This document shows, piece after piece, positions 49,787 through 59,534 of a stretch of DNA of 64,000 nt (position 1 is its first letter; every line of letters starts with the position of its first letter). The stretch spans positions 1,152,001 to 1,216,000 of the forward strand of contig CAXXTH010000017.1 of the NCBI GenBank assembly GCA_963668025.2, written 5' to 3'. The translations under genes and the position numbers were made by a program. The DNA comes from Candidatus Hydrogenedentota bacterium. GTDB lineage: Bacteria > Hydrogenedentota > Hydrogenedentia > Hydrogenedentales > SLHB01. The notes below the pieces were generated by a model, which searched no databases, was not told where the DNA came from, and saw only the letters and a program-made list of their open reading frames with translations.

Positions 49787-50361
49787 TCGAACCGGCCGCA
49801 TTGGGATTCCGCCATTTCCTGACCTCGTCGAATGAGAGCAACGCCTATATTGTTTGGTGCGGCGAAGAGGGCGAGGCTTTGCTGGTGGATGCAGGCGCTT
49901 TCGCGCCCGCCATGGCGGATTTTCTCGAACAGACTGGCCTGCGCTTGCGCCAGGTGTTCATTACGCATGATCATTATGACCATACAGGCGATTTGAACAT
50001 GGCCGTGGCGCGTTATGGCGCGGAAGTGCTTGCTGCGCGCAATCCTTGCGGCGGCTGCCCCACGAAGATGGTGCGCCATGGCGATACGGTGCGCGTGGGA
50101 CGCCGTGAGGGCCATGTCCTGGCGACGCCAGGGCACACGCCCGATTCGTTGAGCCTCGCCTTGCCGGGCATGGTGTTTACCGGCGACGCCCTATTCGCCG
50201 GGTCCGTAGGCGGCACGGGTTCAAGCGCCGACGCCGCTCGGCAAATCCAGGGCATCCGCACGCACCTTTTCTCGCTGCCTGCTGAAACCATCATCTATCC
50301 CGGCCATGGCCCGGCAAGCACCGTCGAGATCGAAAGCCGTTTTAATCCGTTCTTTGTTTAA
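49783..50361 (+). CDS. MBL-fold metallo-hydrolase (glyoxalase II-like)
   Basis: THDHYDH, TPGHT, FTGDALF, YPGHGP. Confidence 0.9.
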   Translation: MIEPAALGFRHFLTSSNESNAYIVWCGEEGEALLVDAGAFAPAMADFLEQTGLRLRQVFITHDHYDHTGDLNMAVARYGAEVLAARNPCGGCPTKMVRHGDTVRVGRREGHVLATPGHTPDSLSLALPGMVFTGDALFAGSVGGTGSSADAARQIQGIRTHLFSLPAETIIYPGHGPASTVEIESRFNPFFV

Positions 50362-50411
50362 GGGCGGCTGGAGAGAAAAATCTCCAGCCAGCCCATGTGT
50401 TTCGCCGTTAT

Positions 50412-51650
50412 TTATACGGCCTGCCAGAGCGTACTGATCGGCAGCGCATGCAACGCCGGGCCAAACGACACCGCTTCCCGTCCGGTGTAGAGCACGATGC
50501 CGCATTTGAAGCGTTCGCCTAGCTCCTGCTGTAAGAACCGGAGCTGCTTGAAATCGTGGCTGCTGGCCGAAGCGGCGGCTTTCACTTCGATGGCTACGAT
50601 GCCGCCGCCGGGGCTTTCCAGTATCAAATCCACTTCCTGCCCCGTGAGCGCACGGAAATGGTACAGGCTCGGCTGCGTAGCGCTCCAGGAGGCTTGCTTC
50701 CGCAGTTCCACGGCCACGAAGCTCTCGAGCAACTGCCCCGCCAGTTCCCGGTCCTGGGTAAGCCGGGCGGGGTCCGCCCCGAGCAGATGAATGGCCAGGC
50801 CTGTATCACAAAGCATGGCTTTGGGCGATTTAGCCAGCCGCTTGCTCAGGTTAACAGACCATGCGGGCAGGAGCTGGACGAGGAATGTCGCCTCGAGCAG
50901 CGCCATGTAACGCTTGAGGGTCGTTTGCGGCATGCTGAGGCTGCGCGACAAGTCCGAGTAGTTCAGAAGTGTTGCGGTGCGCATCGCCAGTATCGCCAAC
51001 AGCCGGGGCATCTCGGCCATATGATCAATTTGGGCCAGATCGCGCACATCCCGCTGGAGAATGGCGGTGACGTAAGAGCTAAACCATGCCCGGCGGCGGG
51101 ACTGGTCCTTGCGCATATACGCCTCTGGATAACCGCCGCCCACCATCATGCCAATAAGATCCTGCATCGCGCACGGCTGCGCCGTTGGCCAGGATGCCTG
51201 CCCGGCAAACGCGCGGTCGATGAAGGTTTCACGCACCCCGTTGATTTCGCCTTGCGAAAAAGGCCATAGGGTGATGATTTCCATCCGCCCCGCCAGCGAT
51301 TCCGAAACCGTCGGCAGCATCATGATATCCGCGGAGCCGGTCAGCAAAAAACGGCCCGGCTGGCGGTTGCGGTCCACCTGGCTTTTGATGGCCACCAGCA
51401 AATCCGGCGCGCGTTGAATTTCATCCAACACCACGGGGCCTTGAAGGCCGTCAATGAATCCGGCGGGGTCACTGGCCACGGCGGATAGCACCGTATTGTC
51501 ATCCAAGGTGACGTACCGCATGCCCGGCGTATTCCCGGCCAATTCGCGCATGAGGGTGCTCTTCCCCGTTTGCCGTGCTCCGTGGAGGAGGATGACTGGG
51601 GTGTCCGCAAGGGCCGCCTGAATGGCGCTCTGGATATTACGCTGGATCAT
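50412..51650 (-). CDS. AAA_14 ATPase with DUF4143 domain
   Basis: GARQTGKS, LDEIQ, LTGS, SESLAGR, GGYPE, DTGL, EVDL…IEVK. Confidence 0.92.
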   Translation of the reverse strand: MIQRNIQSAIQAALADTPVILLHGARQTGKSTLMRELAGNTPGMRYVTLDDNTVLSAVASDPAGFIDGLQGPVVLDEIQRAPDLLVAIKSQVDRNRQPGRFLLTGSADIMMLPTVSESLAGRMEIITLWPFSQGEINGVRETFIDRAFAGQASWPTAQPCAMQDLIGMMVGGGYPEAYMRKDQSRRRAWFSSYVTAILQRDVRDLAQIDHMAEMPRLLAILAMRTATLLNYSDLSRSLSMPQTTLKRYMALLEATFLVQLLPAWSVNLSKRLAKSPKAMLCDTGLAIHLLGADPARLTQDRELAGQLLESFVAVELRKQASWSATQPSLYHFRALTGQEVDLILESPGGGIVAIEVKAAASASSHDFKQLRFLQQELGERFKCGIVLYTGREAVSFGPALHALPISTLWQAV

Positions 51651-51709
51651 GGTTGAATTTTAACCGTTTAGTGGTTAAATTTCAACCACTAAATGGTTAA
51701 ATTTCAGCT
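51651..51709 (-). promoter_or_regulatory. Leaderless promoter overlaid by three palindromic boxes
   Basis: TTGAAA-N17-TAAAAT ends 6 nt before the ATG; GGTTRAATTTYAACC-like boxes at 51651, 51673 and 51695. Confidence 0.65.
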
Positions 51710-51841
51710 TTTTAAGATGGGCCTGCTTCAAAGAGAAGGAACAGCGGTGAAGAACCGCTTTTTTTTCGCGTAGAAGCAGTTGAATGAGTTGAGGATGCGC
51801 CGGTGCGGGGAGTTTTTTCTTCGCATCGGCGCTTTTTTTTG

Positions 51842-51877
51842 TTGACTTCTGGTACGGAAGTATATATACTTCCGTAC
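51842..51877 (+). promoter_or_regulatory. IS promoter with a perfect 26-bp palindrome
   Basis: TTGACT-N17-TATACT; GTACGGAAGTATATATACTTCCGTAC at 51852-51877 abuts the orfA ATG. Confidence 0.75.
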
Positions 51878-52225
51878 ATGGAAGGGAAACCTGTCACGAA
51901 CTCGGCGGGACGCAAGGTCCAGGCGCGCCTGGCGCGTCTGGGGCCCTTTCTTCCCGCCACGCTCACCATCACCCGCAGCCGCTGCGGGAACCCGCGCTGC
52001 CGGTGCGTCCAGGAAGGGCCGATCCATGAAACGGCCCTGCTGACGTGGAAGGAGGGCGGGAAGACCCGCACCCTCCACGTGCCCCGTGAATTGCGCCGCG
52101 AAGTGGCGCAATGGATTGAGGAATGGAAAAAGCTCAAGAAGCTCGTCGAGGCCATGGGCGCGGCCCAACGGCAGTTCCTGCAAACCCGCAAGAAGAGCAT
52201 CCGGAAATCATCCGGGCCTTCTTGA
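51878..52225 (+). CDS. IS accessory protein (DUF6788-like, Cys/His zinc motif)
   Basis: CGNPRCRC…H…GKTRT.HV; basic protein; overlaps the transposase. Confidence 0.75.
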   Translation: MEGKPVTNSAGRKVQARLARLGPFLPATLTITRSRCGNPRCRCVQEGPIHETALLTWKEGGKTRTLHVPRELRREVAQWIEEWKKLKKLVEAMGAAQRQFLQTRKKSIRKSSGPS

Positions 52226-53559
52226 GGACGTTCACCCACTTCTTTGGCCCGGTGCGCAAGCGCTTTGCGGGCTTGCCCGATCCCCGCAAACCCGAGCAAG
52301 CCGGCGACGTGGACTACAGTGTCGCGTCGCTGGTGTTCTTGGGAGTGCTGATGTTCGCATGCCGGCTCGGGGCGCGCCGGCAAGTCCGCCTGCAGTTGTA
52401 CACGACGTTCATGGTCCATCTGTACAAGGTCTTGTTTGACGTGGACAGCGTGCCGCATGGCGATACGATGAACGGGGTATTTCGCGGTTTGCCGTTCGAG
52501 GCGGTCCAGGAACTCGTTTCCGGCATGACGCAGACGCTCATCGACAAGAAGGTGTTGTACCCCCACCGCCTGTTCGGGCGCTACTACGTGGCGGCCATCG
52601 ACGCCACGGGGACACGCAGTTATGATCATCGCCACTGCGCCCATTGCCTCACGCGCAAGCACAAGAGCGGCAAGATCACCTACTACCATCCCGTGCTGGA
52701 GTCCAAGATCGTCACGCCAAACGGGTGGGTCTTTTCGCTCATGACGGAGTTCATTGAGAATCCAGAGAAAGACCTGGCGAAAAGCGAGCAACAACGCAAG
52801 CAGGATTGCGAGACCAAAGCCTTCTACCGGCTGGCCCCACGCCTGCATGCCCGATTCCCCCGCTTGCCGCTGCTGTTGGCGATGGACGGCCTGTACGCCA
52901 CGGGACCGGTGTTTCGGCTGTGCCAGCAATATGGCTGGAAGTTCATGATTACGCTCACGGACGGCCAATTGGCCACCGTGAACGAAGAATTCGAGAGCCT
53001 CGCGGCCGCGACGCCCGAAAACCAGCTTACGTGGCGTTGCGGCAACAAGAAGGAAATCCACCAGCAGTTTCGCTGGGTCAACGACATCCCCTACCGCGAT
53101 TCCGAGCGGCGTGAACACATCCTGTCCGTGCTCGAATGCGTGGACACCCGCCCGGACGCGGAAGGCATGATAAAGAAAACCAAGTTCAAATGGGTGACCA
53201 ACGTATCCGTATCCGCGCACAATGCGGCCGCCTTGGCCAATGAAGGAGGACGCTTACGCTGGAAGATTGAAAATGAAGCATTCAACGTGCAGAAAAACGG
53301 CGGCTACAACCTCGAACACGCCTATACCCAAAACGAACAGGCCAGTAAGATCTACTACCTCTTGATGCAGATAGCCCATCTGCTCATGCAACTCCTGGAG
53401 GATGGCAGCCTTCTGGCCGCCCACTTTCCAAAAGGCTTTGGCTCCGCCAGAAACCTTGCCCATCGCCTCCTCGAAGCCCTGCGCAACGCCACCCTGTCCC
53501 GCGAACAATATGACGCCCTCTGCACCGAGGCCATCCAGATCCGCTTCAGTTCCGCGTAG
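52123..53559 (+). CDS. DDE transposase (DDE_Tnp_1-type; ISAs1/ISNCY-related, family not assigned)
   Basis: LPDPR, AIDATG, DGLY, RWKIENEAFNVQKN.GY.LEH; start uncertain. Confidence 0.9.
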   Translation: MEKAQEARRGHGRGPTAVPANPQEEHPEIIRAFLRTFTHFFGPVRKRFAGLPDPRKPEQAGDVDYSVASLVFLGVLMFACRLGARRQVRLQLYTTFMVHLYKVLFDVDSVPHGDTMNGVFRGLPFEAVQELVSGMTQTLIDKKVLYPHRLFGRYYVAAIDATGTRSYDHRHCAHCLTRKHKSGKITYYHPVLESKIVTPNGWVFSLMTEFIENPEKDLAKSEQQRKQDCETKAFYRLAPRLHARFPRLPLLLAMDGLYATGPVFRLCQQYGWKFMITLTDGQLATVNEEFESLAAATPENQLTWRCGNKKEIHQQFRWVNDIPYRDSERREHILSVLECVDTRPDAEGMIKKTKFKWVTNVSVSAHNAAALANEGGRLRWKIENEAFNVQKNGGYNLEHAYTQNEQASKIYYLLMQIAHLLMQLLEDGSLLAAHFPKGFGSARNLAHRLLEALRNATLSREQYDALCTEAIQIRFSSA

Positions 53560-53957
53560 AGAGCCCGCGAGTTCCCGGTTGCGCCGCCGCCCTGCACGTC
53601 ACGCCCCCCGTTCACCGGCTTTACGCACAGCCGCTGCCCCTCCTGTCGCCTGTCGGCCTCGCCACCCCCCGTCTAACCCGCATCACCTCAACGCCTGACC
53701 CTGGGGCGCCGCTATTCTTCACCGCTGGAGAAGGAATGGGAAGGTGGAAAATTCAGGTGAAGATATGCAAGAATATACATGAGGCTACGCCTGATCTTTA
53801 AAATCGACAAATTATACTATATCCAAGATGGAAGAAAATGGTAAAACGTTATAATATAAGTGGATAAGCTTTCTATGCTAATCGAAACGACATATATTAT
53901 CAGACACAAAAGTATGAATATCATCCACCAAGTGGATGATATTCAACCACTTGGTGG

Positions 53958-54212
53958 TTAATTTTCGTCTATTTCTGGCGGGCGGGCCTCCATGGGATGA
54001 TAAAATTCCGCCTCATGATCCGATAATATGCCGGACTTTATCCTCTGGCGTATTTCATCCATATAAGCGCCCTCCTGCTGTGGGCTTCCTTCAACACTTT
54101 GGATGCTGGGGGGCGCTTCTTCGCTTAAAAAAGCATGGGACAAGGAGAGGCCCACAAAGGCGGCAACGGACAAGGCCAATCCGATGAAGTATGCGGTATC
54201 ACGTATTCTCAT
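53958..54212 (-). CDS. Small membrane-anchored hypothetical protein, last gene of the AmmeMemoRadiSam operon
   Basis: ATG overlaps the upstream gene's end; one TM; ends LSDHEAEFY. Confidence 0.55.
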   Translation of the reverse strand: MRIRDTAYFIGLALSVAAFVGLSLSHAFLSEEAPPSIQSVEGSPQQEGAYMDEIRQRIKSGILSDHEAEFYHPMEARPPEIDEN

Positions 54213-57200
54213 GGCGGCACCTATCGCAGCACAGGCAATCCAAGTCTGTGCCCTTCTCCACGCCGAGGTCGCAGGCGGGCGGCCGCACGGCGGGCCTCCA
54301 TACCCGCAGCATGCGTATGCCATTCAGAAACGCCAGAAAAGCCCCCGCTGGACAGAGATTGCGGCACCAAAAGCGCCGGTAAAAAAACGACAGCGCCACG
54401 GCTCCGCCCGCGAGCAGCCCTATTCCGTGCTCCCAGACGCCAGCGAATACGGTCAACAACGGGTCAGCGGCAAGCGCTGCGTAGTCTCGGGTAAAGGCGA
54501 ACAAGGCAATGACAAAGAGCAGCACCAGATACTTGACCGCGCGGCCGTAACGCCAGAGGCGTTTGGGCGGATCTGTTTGCAGGACGGCGGGACGCAACTC
54601 TCCCACTAATTCCTGCAAGGCCCCAAAGGGGCAGGCATAGCCGCAATAGACATTCCCGAAAAGCAGCACAAGCGCGGGCACGCCGATGGCCAGGAGGCAA
54701 GGGCCATCTAGATGGAATCCAGGCCATTCCAGCGCAAGCAACTGGAGCACTTGCTGCGTCGAATACTGCATATTCAGCCAGAGCCCGCCGAGTAGCAGGC
54801 TCGATAGGAGCACCACACGGCGCAGCCAAGGCCGGGGTTTGATGCGCGCCACAATACTGGCCAGCAGGAGCAGCGCCAGCAAGATAAAATCTTTGCCCGG
54901 CCGCCAGGTTCCCTTGTCCTCTTTTGTTTCGAGCGTGCGCCCCAATGCTGCCGCGAACAGGCGGCCTGCGCTTTCGATGCTATCCCGGATGGCGTTCGAT
55001 GAAAGGGTGGCGCCGCTTGCGGCGTCCACGCCAATGAAGGGATCCGGCGCAAAGATGTTGCGGCCCAGCAACTGTGTTTGCCACGATTCCGTCCTTTCGA
55101 GATAGGCGGGGGATTCGCGGGATTTCATGACGCGGCAGGCGTGCAGGACGCCTTCGGTGTCGGTAAAGACGGCGAGCTCGATGGGGCCAGCGTAGCCGGA
55201 AACACCCGGCGCAAGAGGAGCCGTGCTGAATACATAGCCTTCAAGCTGGCCTGCCGGGCCCAGCACGCGGAGATAGGGAAGGGTTTCTCCATTGGGCATG
55301 CGGGCTTGGGCGGTTTCCGGGGTGCGTTCTTTTCCCGCCAGCATAGGCACGATGCCAGGCGGCAGTGCGGGTGTGGTTGCGGCGCGCGCTTGCTCGACAA
55401 AATAGGAAGCCGTTAAGAGCATAACCGCCAATCCGGCTAATACATATTTCGTGGGCCGGGCGAGCCGTTCGAACGCGCCTTCTGCGGATGCGGGCCGGCG
55501 CCGTTCCATGAACCACGCCGCATTCGCGGCTAGGAGAAGCGCGATGGCTCCCGCAGTGGCATTCGCGCCAGCGGCCGGGAGCAGCAACAGGCTGGCGGCA
55601 GCGCCTCCCGCCGCGCCGCCCAAGGCGTCGAGGGCTTCGAGAAGCCCTCCCGCCATGGCGGCGGATTGCCCGGCTGTTTCCAGACGGTGCGCCGCGACGG
55701 GGAAATAAACGCCCGTGAATATCCCCCCCGCCAAAAAGAAAACCACGAAGAGGATATGCGGGGCTTGCATGGGCAGATAAAGGACGGATAAGAGCATCGC
55801 CGCGTGAAGGGGAAGGCAGATGGCTAGGAAAAGGCGGGGGCTAAGCCCGTGCTCCAGCAGGCGGCGCGCCAATAGGCTTCCAATAAAAATGCCACACATG
55901 AAAAGCGCGGAGATGAGTCCAATGTATAAAAATAAGGAGCCATGCTGGATTTGATAGAGAAACATCAGGAGTATGGAAAACGCCATGCCTGCAAAGCCTG
56001 TGGTGAATACCAGCATGCCATTGTCGAATGTTGCTACCCCGGGATTCTTGCCGGTTCGGAATCGATATCCGGCTCGTAGGACGCCATAGATGCATATGGC
56101 GGCCAAAAGGATTTTCATCGAGCATGCCCGCGCCACATCCGCCCATGCGCTGGGATTGGAAACACCCGCTTGGCGCAACACGAGGAGCATGGCGTCAAAC
56201 AAACAGGCGGGCTTCCGGTCCGTGTTTATAAGGGTTTCGCGCGCGCCTCGGGCTTCATAACTCGCAAGGACTGCGCGGTACGCGCCCAGTTGAAAATCTA
56301 TACGATCCCGGCGAAACAATGAAGGAATCCCCTGGACGGGATACAGGGCATTCGCGCCGGGAATGCGGGCGTAGTTGCGCCGCAAGCGGCCCGGCCTGTC
56401 CGCGAAATCTTGTCTGGACGCCATGAGCCATGTCTCGCCGCCAGGCTTGAGCGTGACATATGGAAATACGGATTCGAGCGTGGCCAAGGCCGACGCGCCG
56501 ATCACCTCCAGTTCGCCGCCTAGGTAATTCTCGCCTCCGGGAATGCGTAAAGACACTATTCCATTGGGCGTGAGGCGCGATAGGAGCAATGAAAAGCATT
56601 CCCGCGTGGCGTAGCGGTTGAGGGCGAGGGAAGCGGCATTGGGCAAATTCAACAGGATGAGATCGTAGGCCGGGCCATCTTGCGCCAAAAACGCGCGCAA
56701 ATCGCTGCTCTGTATATCCACGCGTGAAGCCCCGGCTTGAAAACGGGGCGGCAACGCTTGCATTAGCGCTTGCGGGTATTCCGGATCGGGGCATAGCCAC
56801 GTGGCGTGTTCGAGCTGCGGTATATCCAGCAGGCGCATGCATATGGACATCGAGCCTGCGCCAAAAACCAAGGCGTTCCGAATGCCGGGGCGCTGGGCTA
56901 GGTGGGCCGCCGCGATCGCTGAGGCGTGTTCTTCATCCGGCAGGGCCTCGGCCACGCTTCCATTGGCTACGACGACAAATTGCCCGTTTCGCTCGCCGTA
57001 GGCATATGCGGCTTGGGCGGTCGAAAATGTCCCGGCATATGCCGCGCCGGGGAGCATGCGCTCCCAGGCCAGGCGGTTCGACGCGTCCGCCCAGCGGCCT
57101 CCAACTCCCATGGCTAATAGCAGCAACAATAGCGCCGCCGGGAGTCCGTGCGCCCATCGCCTGCGCCACATGGAAGCCAAGCCGCTGGCTGCGGCTACGA

Positions 57201-57735
57201 CAAACATTCCCGCAAGCGCGATGGCCTCCGGGGCAGTGTGGTGCGCCAAAAGCAGCGTCACAACAACACCGGCAACCGCTCCGCCCAGGCTTTCAGCGAT
57301 ATACACCAGCGGAACCGCGCCTTTTTTCCCAGGAAGCCATTCGCATGCCGCAGTGAATAATGCGCCGGTGGCGAGGCTTACCGGAGCGCTGGCCAGCCAG
57401 GCGAGCAGCGCCATGCGGGTGAACGGGAAAACCTCGTAGGCTGCTGCGCCCGCGATTGCGCGGGCATGCATGAATAGATAGTACTGCGCGAGAAATGCGG
57501 GGATGTAGAGCAGCGAGGCCCATTCCAATTCCGCCGCCGCATACCGCCGCAAAGCAGCGATATGCCGCACCGCCATGGCCCCTGCCGACACCCAAAACAG
57601 CCACGCGCCAAAGTAGCAGCCAATGGCCAGCTCGTTTCCCTCGAACACCGGCAGAAATTGCCGGAACAGCAGCGTCTGCGCCAGTAATGCGAATAAGCCC
57701 AGGGCGAATACAAGGCTTAGCCGCGCATAATTCAT
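54199..57735 (-). CDS. Large membrane protein: MFS/spermidine-synthase-like + FMN-binding + 4Fe-4S (NosR-like) fusion
   Basis: FEGNEL TM block, degenerate methyltransferase-like core, second TM block, GYAGPI…DAASGATLSS, CGYACP.G and CRNLCP.G, CLCCDRC. Confidence 0.8.
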   Translation of the reverse strand: MNYARLSLVFALGLFALLAQTLLFRQFLPVFEGNELAIGCYFGAWLFWVSAGAMAVRHIAALRRYAAAELEWASLLYIPAFLAQYYLFMHARAIAGAAAYEVFPFTRMALLAWLASAPVSLATGALFTAACEWLPGKKGAVPLVYIAESLGGAVAGVVVTLLLAHHTAPEAIALAGMFVVAAASGLASMWRRRWAHGLPAALLLLLLAMGVGGRWADASNRLAWERMLPGAAYAGTFSTAQAAYAYGERNGQFVVVANGSVAEALPDEEHASAIAAAHLAQRPGIRNALVFGAGSMSICMRLLDIPQLEHATWLCPDPEYPQALMQALPPRFQAGASRVDIQSSDLRAFLAQDGPAYDLILLNLPNAASLALNRYATRECFSLLLSRLTPNGIVSLRIPGGENYLGGELEVIGASALATLESVFPYVTLKPGGETWLMASRQDFADRPGRLRRNYARIPGANALYPVQGIPSLFRRDRIDFQLGAYRAVLASYEARGARETLINTDRKPACLFDAMLLVLRQAGVSNPSAWADVARACSMKILLAAICIYGVLRAGYRFRTGKNPGVATFDNGMLVFTTGFAGMAFSILLMFLYQIQHGSLFLYIGLISALFMCGIFIGSLLARRLLEHGLSPRLFLAICLPLHAAMLLSVLYLPMQAPHILFVVFFLAGGIFTGVYFPVAAHRLETAGQSAAMAGGLLEALDALGGAAGGAAASLLLLPAAGANATAGAIALLLAANAAWFMERRRPASAEGAFERLARPTKYVLAGLAVMLLTASYFVEQARAATTPALPPGIVPMLAGKERTPETAQARMPNGETLPYLRVLGPAGQLEGYVFSTAPLAPGVSGYAGPIELAVFTDTEGVLHACRVMKSRESPAYLERTESWQTQLLGRNIFAPDPFIGVDAASGATLSSNAIRDSIESAGRLFAAALGRTLETKEDKGTWRPGKDFILLALLLLASIVARIKPRPWLRRVVLLSSLLLGGLWLNMQYSTQQVLQLLALEWPGFHLDGPCLLAIGVPALVLLFGNVYCGYACPFGALQELVGELRPAVLQTDPPKRLWRYGRAVKYLVLLFVIALFAFTRDYAALAADPLLTVFAGVWEHGIGLLAGGAVALSFFYRRFWCRNLCPAGAFLAFLNGIRMLRVWRPAVRPPACDLGVEKGTDLDCLCCDRCRHENT

Positions 57736-59330
57736 GCGCCATGCTCTCCGAACACGATAGCTTCAAACACGGTGTACGATGCGCCTTCTTTCCAGGCATC
57801 GGAAGACAATCCCGCTTTCATCGAGAGATGGCTAAGGGTTTGCTCCAGCGTCCAGCCTTGCTCGGGGGCCACTTGGGGCAGAAACACGGCGCGGCGTCCA
57901 TCTTTGCTCAAGACCATGCCATGTTTCCCGATGATGATGTCTTGGTAAGACCCCACCGGACGCGGAGGAGTAAGGGCCGAAATCTCGATGTCCACCTTGG
58001 GCAATTCTTCCGTGGTAAGGGGCGAGAATCGCGGGTCGCTGAATGCGGCGTTGATGGCGTTGCCGATCACGGCCTCGAAGAGCGGCCGCCGTGGCTCGAT
58101 CTCGCCGATGCATCCCCGAAGCTGGCCGCGTTCGTGCAGGGTGACAAAGGCCCCCATGACTTGCCGCATGCCGGAGGCCACCGTCACGCCGAGTTCTTCC
58201 GCCGTGGGCTGTCCGTGATGCGTAAAGGCCCAATCAATGGTTTTCCGGGCCAGTTCGAGCAGGCTGCGTTTTTCATCCTCGGTTAATGCTGGCGTGTCAT
58301 GTGGTTCCACGGAATCGCCCCCTTTCTTGCTCCATTTCCCAGTTGCGGCTGCGCTGACATAACTGACCGAAAGAGTGTAATCGTTCGTAAGCTCTCCTGA
58401 CTTGCTATAGTGCAGTAAATGGACGGACGCATCGGCAGGCAGCATCTCCAGCAACACGCCAATGGGATTGCGCCCGCAAATCGTAGCCTCTTTCTCTTCC
58501 ACATACGACTGGAAACCGGCGGGGTCTTTTTTCTCGATAAACGCGAACGCGCCCATGTCCAGCGCTGTAATGTTTTCCGGGATATTCTCCGTGAACGGAG
58601 TATAGCCGTAGTTTGCGCCATAGTGTGTAAAATCGCTGCTGGCGATGACAAGCGTGCGTTCATCGATAAGGCCGGCGAGGGTTTCCGCCATGGCCTGGCT
58701 GGTTTTCGCATTCAGTTCGCCTACGATAACCGGCACGAGCTTGAAAGCGCCCAGCGTACGCTGTAACAACGGCAATTCGATCTGCACGCTATGCTCGCCG
58801 CGGCAAGCCGCTGGTTCGCTGATGAATTCGGGATGCTGTTTGAGCGCCACGATGAATTCCACATCCAGGGGAATTTCACCCAAAGGCGTTTCGTATGCGG
58901 TGGCGTCTGGCACGCCAGCCTGGTTGGTGAGGGCCGCGTGGTGCGATGGCCCCATGACGACGACGCGCGCATACGATTTGCCAGCGATTTGCTTGACGCC
59001 ATACGCCGCTGTTTGGCCCGAATAGGCATATCCGGCATGGGGCAAAATCAGGGCGATCACATCCGGATACGTTTCATCAGGAGTCTTCGCCAGAAAGCCA
59101 TCTATCTGTTCTTTCAGCGCTTCTGGCTCCTTTGGATACCATTTGCCCGCCAGCGTGGACGCCGCCACGCACGGTGCTGGCGCGGCTGGCTTTTCAACGG
59201 CTTCATCCTGGCCTGCCTGCGCCGTTTTCCCATGGGCTCGCAGCAAGGGGATGGCCGCCACGGAGGCCGCCAGCAGTAAAATCAAGAATCCTAGGGTTAA
59301 CGCCGGGGCCAGCCACTGTTTCTTGCTCAT
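57732..59330 (-). CDS. AmmeMemoRadiSam protein B (Memo) / protein A (AMMECR1) fusion with N-terminal membrane anchor
   Basis: PHAGYAYSG, GPSH, EHSVQIELP, SSDFTHYG, TICG; then GAFVTL…LRGCIG, DPRF, FLPQVA.EQGW. Confidence 0.92.
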   Translation of the reverse strand: MSKKQWLAPALTLGFLILLLAASVAAIPLLRAHGKTAQAGQDEAVEKPAAPAPCVAASTLAGKWYPKEPEALKEQIDGFLAKTPDETYPDVIALILPHAGYAYSGQTAAYGVKQIAGKSYARVVVMGPSHHAALTNQAGVPDATAYETPLGEIPLDVEFIVALKQHPEFISEPAACRGEHSVQIELPLLQRTLGAFKLVPVIVGELNAKTSQAMAETLAGLIDERTLVIASSDFTHYGANYGYTPFTENIPENITALDMGAFAFIEKKDPAGFQSYVEEKEATICGRNPIGVLLEMLPADASVHLLHYSKSGELTNDYTLSVSYVSAAATGKWSKKGGDSVEPHDTPALTEDEKRSLLELARKTIDWAFTHHGQPTAEELGVTVASGMRQVMGAFVTLHERGQLRGCIGEIEPRRPLFEAVIGNAINAAFSDPRFSPLTTEELPKVDIEISALTPPRPVGSYQDIIIGKHGMVLSKDGRRAVFLPQVAPEQGWTLEQTLSHLSMKAGLSSDAWKEGASYTVFEAIVFGEHGA

Positions 59331-59334
59331 CGCA

Positions 59335-59526
59335 TCACCCTTTCCATGGGCCGGGCGTGTTTATCTTTTCACGGTCGAGACGCGCCACGCGCCCGGGATA
59401 TGGTTTTCCACGCACGGCCTCTATCCAGTGCATTCGGGCCGTGTTTGCATATACCGCCAGCGGCGCAGATAGCGCCGCTGCCGCGCATGCGCCAAGCGCC
59501 GTGCGCAGGAAACAGCGCCGGGGCAT
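59335..59526 (-). CDS. Small protein with a twin-arginine-like motif
   Basis: MPRRCFLRTALG plus hydrophobic stretch; fills the gap between operon genes. Confidence 0.5.
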   Translation of the reverse strand: MPRRCFLRTALGACAAAALSAPLAVYANTARMHWIEAVRGKPYPGRVARLDREKINTPGPWKG

Positions 59527-59534
59527 ATCCCATT

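Larger units (their letters stand above)
51742..53727 (+). mobile_element. Intact two-ORF insertion sequence (1986 bp)
   Basis: TIR CAGCGGTGAAGAA at 51742-51754 and 53715-53727; perfect 9-bp TSD GAGAAGGAA at 51733-51741 and 53728-53736. Confidence 0.95.

Noticed and set aside
51712-53220. 502-aa minus-strand ORF
   Set aside because: Antisense shadow of the transposase that crosses the IS end.
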